Source of the DNA: Candidatus Planktophila sp.
GTDB taxonomy: Bacteria; Actinomycetota; Actinomycetes; Nanopelagicales; Nanopelagicaceae
NCBI GenBank assembly: GCA_044350045.1
Contig: JBILIJ010000002.1
Span: forward strand, 49,554 to 113,553
Direction: 5' to 3'
DNA: 64,000 nucleotides
In this document: one piece after another, positions 57,256-64,000 of the stretch
Position numbering within the stretch: the stretch's first letter is position 1
Layout: each line of letters starts with the position of its first letter
Translations under genes and position numbers: made by a program
The notes under the pieces: model-generated
What the model was told of the DNA's origin: nothing
The model's database searches: none
The model's input: the letters and a program-made list of their open reading frames with translations, nothing else

Positions 57256-58092
57256 TCATGCGTTGATTACACCTGTTGTGAGCAAGATTAAAATCAGGCT
57301 GCCTAGAGCAATTCGATAGATAATAAAAGGTAGAAAACTCTTGGTGGCGATAAATTTCATTAACCAAGAAATTACTGCGTAGCCAACTACGAAGGAGACA
57401 AGGGTTGCTCCGAAAGTTTCGATGAGCGTATAAGGAGCGTTGCTATCACCATCTCCAATTGCACCTTTAAGTTCATACAATCCGCTTCCGAAAACAGCCG
57501 GGACTGCAAGTAAAAATGAGTAACGCAGCGCACTTTCACGGGTATAGCCAAGGACTCGACCCATCGCAATAGTTGCACCTGAGCGTGAAACGCCAGGCAC
57601 CAGCGCGAGTGCTTGCGCAAATCCGTAAGAAACGCCATGGGTATTTGATAACGACGATAAATCACGATGGCTTTTACCAAACCTGTCCGCAATTCCAAGA
57701 ATGATTCCAAAGACAATCATCACAGTTGCAATGAGCCAGAGGGATCTAAAGGTGTTTCGAATATTTTCTTGAAAGATATAACCAAGAACCACAATAGGTA
57801 GTGAACCAAGAATAATCAGCCATCCAAGACGAACATCATTGGCTGAGTATTCAGCGCGATCCTGCCTGAGTATCACCCGATTAATCCAGGCCGAAGCAAT
57901 ACGCCATATATCTCGCCGGAAATAGATGAGCACGGCTAGCTCAGTTCCAATCTGAGTAATAGCAGTAAAGGTCGCTCCGGGATCACTGGCATTTGGTAAG
58001 AATTCACCGGCAAAGCGAAGGTGAGCACTCGATGAGATCGGTAAGAACTCAGTCAGACCTTGTATCAAGCCAAGGAATAGCGCTTCAAACAT
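57256..58092 (-). CDS. uppP: Undecaprenyl-diphosphate phosphatase
   Basis: LGLIQGLTEFLPISSSAH, Q.G..LAV, AQALAL.PGVSRSGAT, YSFLL. Confidence 0.96.
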   Translation of the reverse strand: MFEALFLGLIQGLTEFLPISSSAHLRFAGEFLPNASDPGATFTAITQIGTELAVLIYFRRDIWRIASAWINRVILRQDRAEYSANDVRLGWLIILGSLPIVVLGYIFQENIRNTFRSLWLIATVMIVFGIILGIADRFGKSHRDLSSLSNTHGVSYGFAQALALVPGVSRSGATIAMGRVLGYTRESALRYSFLLAVPAVFGSGLYELKGAIGDGDSNAPYTLIETFGATLVSFVVGYAVISWLMKFIATKSFLPFIIYRIALGSLILILLTTGVINA

Positions 58093-58201
58093 GCGCTAAG
58101 TATGGCATCAACCATGCGAAGTGGATCAGCGTAGATGACTCACATTGACCCTAAATAATGATAGTTTTTCATCTATTGCCAGAGAGACCGGGGAAATAAC
58201 G

Positions 58202-58867
58202 ATGGATAAAAATCTCGAAGATGCTGGTCACGAGTATTTCTCTCAGCTCTATGGTGCTACCTCGGTAGAAGGAGAGCCTCAACAAACAATTTTTGATAAA
58301 TGGCGCGACAAACTTCTCGTAAATACCTACGGCAAATACAGCACAAGCAAACTCACCGATTCAGATGTACTCGACGTCGGATGTGGTTATGGCTGGCTTC
58401 TGGATGCTTTTGAAGGAGCACATAGCCTTTGCGGCGTCGATATTGCTCACCATGCTGTTCAAGTTGCGGCAAAACGAAAGCCGGAAAGATTTTTTAAACA
58501 AGGAGATTTGCACGAGCCCAGTCCATTCAAGCAAAAATTTGATTTGATTCTAGCGATCAACATAATCGAGCATCTATCAAATCCCGAAGCCGGTATTCGA
58601 TCCATAAGAGATTCAGCCAAACCTGGAGCAATTGTTCTAGTACACATGCCTACAATTTCAAATTGGCTCACCCGTTGGGAATATTCCAAACTCTATGACT
58701 CAGATCCAACCCATATTTATCGACCATCCGGGAAGACTGTCCGTAAGTTATTCGAAGCCGATGGCTTCCAAACTTTACGAGACTCGTATCTGCCACATTT
58801 CCCAGCATTTCTCACCAAAGTATGGCCAGTTCATCCTGCATATCTAGCAGTATTTAGAAAGAAGTGA
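58202..58867 (+). CDS. Class I SAM-dependent methyltransferase
   Basis: VLDVGCGYG, GVDI, FDLI....IIEHL..P, KPG, DPTHI. Confidence 0.88.
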   Translation: MDKNLEDAGHEYFSQLYGATSVEGEPQQTIFDKWRDKLLVNTYGKYSTSKLTDSDVLDVGCGYGWLLDAFEGAHSLCGVDIAHHAVQVAAKRKPERFFKQGDLHEPSPFKQKFDLILAINIIEHLSNPEAGIRSIRDSAKPGAIVLVHMPTISNWLTRWEYSKLYDSDPTHIYRPSGKTVRKLFEADGFQTLRDSYLPHFPAFLTKVWPVHPAYLAVFRKK

Positions 58868-58892
58868 CCCTAAGTTAGGGCCACTTCTTTCT
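58856..58892. terminator. Bidirectional hairpin terminator between convergent genes
   Basis: AGAAAGAAGTG-A-CCCTAA-G-TTAGGG-C-CACTTCTTTCT, a 37-nt near-perfect inverted repeat with T-rich ends on both strands. Confidence 0.7.
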
Positions 58893-58902
58893 CAATTACG
58901 AA

Positions 58903-60090
58903 TTAAGATAACGCTCCAGTGATTTCGTAGAGATAATCATGAGCATCTGGAGTGAAATCAATTCCCGCACCGATTCCTGGTGGTGGTGTGAACCAGCCAT
59001 CAATCGGAGCGTGGATGCCAGAAAAAATTGGATCTGGGTTTGGCTTGTTGAATTCCCCAAAGACAAAGTACTCAGCATAAGGGATACCAACTTCAGCAAA
59101 GATCAATGCTAAATCCCAAGGACGCAGTCCGCCACCATGTGGAATTACAGGAATAGCTTTCGTTGAAGCCAGAGCACAGATCTTCTTTGACTCTGTTAAT
59201 CCACCGCACCACTGAATATCTGGCTGAAGAATCTCGCAGCCTCTGACGTCTAGGAGTTGCTGAAAACCGAAACGAGAATATTCGTGTTCGCCGGTAGCAA
59301 TTGCTGTGCTTGCAATCTTCTTATTAAGGACTGCATAGCCTTCATAATCATCAGGAGGGAGGACTTCTTCGATCCACTTCAATCGGTATGGCTCTAGCAG
59401 GGCTGCCATACGGATGGTGTATTCAACATCCCATGCCATGTAGCAATCGAGCATGATCTCAACATCCCAGCCGACCATCTCGCGAGTTTGCTTAACAAGT
59501 TCTACGTTGCCGTTCATGCCCTTGCGACCTGATGCGGGTCCAAAGGGCATTGCAAGTTTATGTCCCATAAAGCCTTTATCTTTTGTCTCAGCAATATTAT
59601 TTCCCGTTAAGTAACACTGCACCGTATCTTTTGCAGCGCCTCCAAGTGAAACGTAGAGAGGCTCCTGACGGGATTTAGCAAGTAGATCCCAAAGTGCATA
59701 ATCAACTGCAGAGATCGCCATCACTGGTGTGCCTTTGCGACCGTAAGGCATTGAGGCGCGCCACATGATGTCCCAGTTGCGCTCGACTTCATGCACTTGG
59801 CGTCCAACTAGTAACTTCTTAAAGTGTTGAGCAATAATTTCAGCAGAGGCGCGACCTCCAGCGCTCTCACCTAAGCCGTAGCTTCCATCTTCGGCGATGA
59901 CTTGCACAATTGTTCGCCCAGGCATACCGAGCCACAATTCACGATAAGGACGGAACTCGGGATGTATCGACATTGGATTAGCGATCTCAGTACGAGAAAG
60001 CCAGCTTGAATTGCTTTTCTGTTGATCGGCCGGTGCTTCGCCCTTTTTGTTAGGCCCACTAAGAAAAACTTTGATATCTACAATTTTCAC
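58903..60090 (-). CDS. Enolase-superfamily sugar-acid dehydratase (L-rhamnonate dehydratase RhmD-like)
   Basis: IANPMS..P, YGRKG...AISAVD.ALWDL, GF.G.K...GP..G, MLDCYM, KWIEE.LPP..Y.GY, TGEHE, QPDI.WCGG.TE, PHG. Confidence 0.85.
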   Translation of the reverse strand: MKIVDIKVFLSGPNKKGEAPADQQKSNSSWLSRTEIANPMSIHPEFRPYRELWLGMPGRTIVQVIAEDGSYGLGESAGGRASAEIIAQHFKKLLVGRQVHEVERNWDIMWRASMPYGRKGTPVMAISAVDYALWDLLAKSRQEPLYVSLGGAAKDTVQCYLTGNNIAETKDKGFMGHKLAMPFGPASGRKGMNGNVELVKQTREMVGWDVEIMLDCYMAWDVEYTIRMAALLEPYRLKWIEEVLPPDDYEGYAVLNKKIASTAIATGEHEYSRFGFQQLLDVRGCEILQPDIQWCGGLTESKKICALASTKAIPVIPHGGGLRPWDLALIFAEVGIPYAEYFVFGEFNKPNPDPIFSGIHAPIDGWFTPPPGIGAGIDFTPDAHDYLYEITGALS

Positions 60091-60102
60091 AGCATCTCCT
60101 GA

Positions 60103-60900
60103 TTAACTAATTAAAGCGCCGCCATCTACGGCCACCAACGAACCTGTTACCCATTCACTTGCATCTGAAATAAGAAAGACCACTGCCTTGCCTAAATCCT
60201 CTGGAACACCCATTTGGCGCACACCTGGGCGATCAACCCAAGGCTTACCGGCTTTCTTTTCTCCATCAGCACGTTGCTTGACATTAATATCTGTTGCAAC
60301 ACCACCACAGAGAATTGCGTTTACGCGGATTCCTGTCTCGGCAACTTCATGTGCCATTGAGGTGGTGAGTGAACTTAGGCCACCTTTAGATGAGATGTAA
60401 TGAACTTGTTGGTTGCCACCGCGGTAGGCGGAGACTGTACTGATGTTAACGATGGCACCCTTCTTGCGAGACTTCATATCCTTGAGTACTGCCTGAGAAA
60501 GATAGAAAGGACCAGAAAGGTTCACTGCCAGGTGTCGATCCCAAATTGCTGGAGTAATCTCTTCAAAAGCGGTGAAATCACAGATACCGGCATTGTTGAC
60601 TAGGGCATCCACGCGACCTTTATCTTTAACGATCTCAGCGATGACCCGCACACATTCACTTTGAATCCCGACATCACAGAGATAAGCAGAGGCTTTCCCA
60701 CCTGCACCTACGATTTCAGCAATCATTTTATCTGCATGGACTTTTTCACTATCGACTGGATAGATGATTGCAACCTCACCGCCTGCTGCAGCGACCATAC
60801 GAGATATTCCGCTGCCGATTCCTCGGCCCCCACCAGTAACTACAACAACTCGACCTTTGAGTGCGTCAGGTGAATAAACATGTGTCACTTCTCTACCCAC
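60103..60900 (-). CDS. SDR oxidoreductase (L-rhamnose 1-dehydrogenase-like)
   Basis: TGGGRGIG, NNAGIC.F..F, GG..Q.HY..SK (YxxxK), TDIN, G..V.VDGG. Confidence 0.82.
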   Translation of the reverse strand: MGREVTHVYSPDALKGRVVVVTGGGRGIGSGISRMVAAAGGEVAIIYPVDSEKVHADKMIAEIVGAGGKASAYLCDVGIQSECVRVIAEIVKDKGRVDALVNNAGICDFTAFEEITPAIWDRHLAVNLSGPFYLSQAVLKDMKSRKKGAIVNISTVSAYRGGNQQVHYISSKGGLSSLTTSMAHEVAETGIRVNAILCGGVATDINVKQRADGEKKAGKPWVDRPGVRQMGVPEDLGKAVVFLISDASEWVTGSLVAVDGGALIS

Positions 60901-60921
60901 ATTTCTTGCTTCTCTAATGAA

Positions 60922-62157
60922 TTACTTGTCAGATGATTTAGGGGGAACGTCATCTTTCAGCAAATCATAGACCCTAGGAATTGCAAAATATAGACCAACG
61001 ACAAAGCGAATCACGAATGATCCAATGAAAATTTCCGTCAGTGTGAACTTGTTGGTGAAAAAGGGAATAAAGAATGCTGTGACGAATGGAATTCCAAGAG
61101 CAAATCCAATGTAGATATTTATCAGCATAGTTCTGCGTGACTCATCGCCATAGCGATATAGCCCAAGCCAAATTCCGACATCTGTTCCCGCGTTGAGTAA
61201 TCCTGCTAGGAGGGTTGCAATCAAAATCAATTCGATGTTCGGGGAGACCACAATCAGTAGAAAGTAAATTGCTGAGACTGGCACAGTCCATGCGAGGATG
61301 GCATAGCTCCCTGTCTTGGTTTGCAATCGTCGCCAGATAAGCGTGCCAACAACCGCTCCTGCCGAGAGCACCATCGCCCAGACGCCCATCCAGCGATCTG
61401 AGACTTCGCGCTCTTCGATGAAGTACACAGATTGAAGCGGACCAGCTATTGAAGAGGCGGTGACAATCAGAACGATCCCAACGAGAAAGTACATAAATTG
61501 TTTCTCTGCCAAAATTTTCTTAACGTGCAAATTCTCTCTAAAGGTTTCAAGGTATGTGTGTGGTGAGTCTGGGTAGATAATGCGCGAGATAACGTAGATT
61601 TCTGCAAGGCCAAGAGCGCCAGAGACAAAAAATACAGCGACGTAATTATAAGGAAAAGGTAGAACGATCATTCCTAAGCCAATGATTCCGTTTGCACTTA
61701 AAGCACCGATATTGGCAATTCTTGTTCGTGAGTTCACGATTTTTGGTTGATGTTCTGTGTCTACAACGATTCCAACAGTGGGTGCCCAGAATGCTCCAAA
61801 GACAACAGTTGGTAGGGCACAGAGGCAGAACATGGCCACCGCTATCTCAGCCTGATGGGTATCAAAGAGCAGGGCAGTAGCTGGCATAAAGAAGAAAATT
61901 CGCGATATGACGCCACAGATGATCATCCAGTGCCGCTGTTGACCAATGCTTCGTAGATTCGCCACTGCAATAGGTCCCATAAGCAGTGGCCCTACTGAGG
62001 TGAGGGCTACATAGATACTGATGAGCAGAATCGATGCATCAAGACGGAGCAGGAAGGGAATTGCAAAAATAACCCACGCACCATTAGCTGCGCCTCCCCA
62101 GAATGCCTGGAGGCGCATCAGTCGATGATTATGTTCCCTTGTTTCGTCTATATTCAT
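60922..62157 (-). CDS. MFS transporter
   Basis: About 12 hydrophobic segments in two halves with a central hydrophilic loop. Confidence 0.8.
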   Translation of the reverse strand: MNIDETREHNHRLMRLQAFWGGAANGAWVIFAIPFLLRLDASILLISIYVALTSVGPLLMGPIAVANLRSIGQQRHWMIICGVISRIFFFMPATALLFDTHQAEIAVAMFCLCALPTVVFGAFWAPTVGIVVDTEHQPKIVNSRTRIANIGALSANGIIGLGMIVLPFPYNYVAVFFVSGALGLAEIYVISRIIYPDSPHTYLETFRENLHVKKILAEKQFMYFLVGIVLIVTASSIAGPLQSVYFIEEREVSDRWMGVWAMVLSAGAVVGTLIWRRLQTKTGSYAILAWTVPVSAIYFLLIVVSPNIELILIATLLAGLLNAGTDVGIWLGLYRYGDESRRTMLINIYIGFALGIPFVTAFFIPFFTNKFTLTEIFIGSFVIRFVVGLYFAIPRVYDLLKDDVPPKSSDK

Positions 62158-62166
62158 AACGATAAA

Positions 62167-63588
62167 TTAAATTGTCACCCCAATATATTTTTTCTCAAGG
62201 AATTCGTGAATGCCATCAAAGCCACCTTCACGACCTAAGCCGCTCTCTTTATAACCGCCAAAGGGAGCAGCCGGGTCAGAGATGACTCCACGGTTAATTG
62301 CAACCATTCCCGACTCCATTGCCTCTGAAACTCTGATCGCTCGCTCGAGAGATCCGGAGTAGACATAGCTGATGAGTCCATATTCAGTATCGTTTGCAAG
62401 ACGAATAGCTTCCTCGTCACTTTCTACCGTAACAATTACTGCAACGGGTCCGAAGATTTCTTCTCGCAAGATTGGATTATCTGAAGCAACAGTCATCACA
62501 GTTGGCGGATAGAAAGCGCCATCACCCTGTGGTTTTGCACCACCTAGAGTGACCTTTCCCCCTTGCTTAACTGAACTATCTACAAGGTCTGCAATCTTGT
62601 CGCGCTCTTTCACCGAGACGCTCGCGCCAAGTTGAGCACCTTCGGTCAAGCCAGATGCCATCTTGATATTCGACATTGCTTCGGTAAGTTTGTCGGTAAA
62701 TTCTTTAGCTACAGAAGTAGAAACATAGAAGCGATTAGCCGCTGTACAGGCAGCTCCACCGTTTCTTAGCTTGGCCAGCATCGCCCCGGCTACCGCCTCG
62801 GAAATATTGGCATCATCGAGAACGATAAATGGTGCATTGCCACCTAGCTCCATAGATGTGCGTATTACTCGATCAGCTGCCTGCTTCAAGAGCAACTTTC
62901 CAACAGGGGTAGATCCGGTGAAGGAGAGATTCTTAATTCGAGGATCAGCCAGTAATCGTGAGACGGCTGGGCCTGATGGTGTCGGAGTAATTACGTTGAC
63001 GACACCTGCAGGAAGTCCAGCACGGTGCAAAATATCGGCGATGGCCAAGGTTGTCAGTGGTGTCTCCATGGCTGGTTTAACAATAACTGTGCAACCAGCT
63101 GCAACTGCGGGGCCAATTTTCCGCGTTGCCATGGCAGCTGGAAAATTCCAAGGTGTGATCAAGAGTGAAACTCCGACCGGCTGATGAGTAACAAGAATTC
63201 TCTTATCTCCACTTGGTGAATGACGGAACTCTCCATTCACGCGCACTGCCTCTTCCGAGAACCACCTAAAGAATTCAGCGGCGTAGAGAACTTCACCTTT
63301 AGCATCGGCAAAAACTTTGCCATTTTCGCGCGAGACCAAACGAGCTAAATCATCGGCCTCGGCGATCATGATTTCAAATGCGCGGCGCAGGATTTCACCA
63401 CGAACACGAGATGGTGTTTTTGCAAATGTGTGAAATGCGCGATCAGCAGCATCGATGGCTGCATCGATTTCCTTATCACCAGCAATTGCGATTTCAGTGA
63501 TGACAGAACCATCACTTGGATCATAGACAGGATGACGATTGGGGGTTGCTACCCATTGACCATCTATATAGAGATCTGACCGAATCAT
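62167..63588 (-). CDS. NAD(P)-dependent aldehyde dehydrogenase (SSADH/GabD-like)
   Basis: ITPWNFP, KPA.ETP, FTGST.VG, ELGGNAP, catalytic Cys in GAACTA, EEIFGP, PFGG.K.SG.GREG. Confidence 0.93.
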   Translation of the reverse strand: MIRSDLYIDGQWVATPNRHPVYDPSDGSVITEIAIAGDKEIDAAIDAADRAFHTFAKTPSRVRGEILRRAFEIMIAEADDLARLVSRENGKVFADAKGEVLYAAEFFRWFSEEAVRVNGEFRHSPSGDKRILVTHQPVGVSLLITPWNFPAAMATRKIGPAVAAGCTVIVKPAMETPLTTLAIADILHRAGLPAGVVNVITPTPSGPAVSRLLADPRIKNLSFTGSTPVGKLLLKQAADRVIRTSMELGGNAPFIVLDDANISEAVAGAMLAKLRNGGAACTAANRFYVSTSVAKEFTDKLTEAMSNIKMASGLTEGAQLGASVSVKERDKIADLVDSSVKQGGKVTLGGAKPQGDGAFYPPTVMTVASDNPILREEIFGPVAVIVTVESDEEAIRLANDTEYGLISYVYSGSLERAIRVSEAMESGMVAINRGVISDPAAPFGGYKESGLGREGGFDGIHEFLEKKYIGVTI

Positions 63589-63605
63589 CTTGCCCCTTAT
63601 TTCTG

Positions 63606-64000
63606 CTAGAACGGATATTCTAAACTGCCACTAAATGGTTTGTTGCGTACAACTCGGTTCTCAAGAGAACCAAGTGTTGTCATTTCAAGTTTGATGACAT
63701 CGCCAGGATTGAGAACCTTGTCCTGTTCTGCCCCGGATCCATCTCCTACAGTTCCTGATCCAAAGACTTCGCCGACTTGCAGCTCTTCATTCCACGAGGC
63801 ATAAGCGATCATCTGTTCAAATTTCCATTTCATCTTGCTGGAAGAGCCATTGGTCCACTGTTCACCGTTGATCCAGCATTTCATATCCAGCGCATAGGGA
63901 TTGGCAATCTCATCTGCGGTGACTAGCACAGGGCCTAACACGTGAGCGCCGATAAAGTCCTTACCCTTTGCTGGACCAAGACCAACGGTCATCTCTGCAG
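63606..64000 (-). CDS. Fumarylacetoacetate hydrolase family protein, 5' end beyond window edge
   Basis: GPAKGKDF, LGP.LVT.DE, L..GEV.GSGT.G.G, L.PGD.I.L.....G.L.N.V. Confidence 0.88.
   Translation of the reverse strand, partial: AEMTVGLGPAKGKDFIGAHVLGPVLVTADEIANPYALDMKCWINGEQWTNGSSSKMKWKFEQMIAYASWNEELQVGEVFGSGTVGDGSGAEQDKVLNPGDVIKLEMTTLGSLENRVVRNKPFSGSLEYPF

Overview
This is a gene-dense, streamlined chromosomal window from an actinobacterium of moderate GC (roughly 48-50% by eye). Gene content, short intergenic gaps and lost accessory genes suggest a freshwater acI-type organism (Ca. Nanopelagicales/Planktophila-like); that assignment is inference. Most of the window is core genome. It carries a cell-envelope locus (LCP, GT2, Wzm/Wzt, SpoIID/LytB), the dapD-DUF3117-pepA-htrA-tatB-mrp-mgtE-DEAD-moeZ block, mshB-cysS-fdxA-dapC, GMPP-whiB2-GT2-DUF5719-manB-ahcY-mtrAB-comF-secA, an orphan SAF/CpaE-like module with pdtaS-whiB1, tRNA-Arg(CCG), an msrA-patB-oxidoreductase-metB cluster, a PhoP/TcrX-like two-component system, argG and uppP. 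The right end is an accessory non-phosphorylative sugar (L-rhamnose/L-lyxose-like) catabolic operon cut by the window edge. I found no CRISPR array, integrase, transposase or phage gene. The most notable observations are: (1) at least 16 genes with a TANNNT box exactly 6-7 nt before the start codon, i.e. pervasive leaderless mRNAs; (2) a stand-alone 63-aa sigma-region-4 protein in a locus that has lost sigE-rseA; (3) a PhoP-type direct-repeat box upstream of an unknown secreted protein, next to a HAMP-less kinase; (4) a non-actinobacterial-type AhcY at the syntenic position, with a structured leader; (5) an apparently circularly permuted 21-kb core block; (6) three real genes missing from the ORF track. 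No database searches were possible, so all family calls come from recognising motifs.
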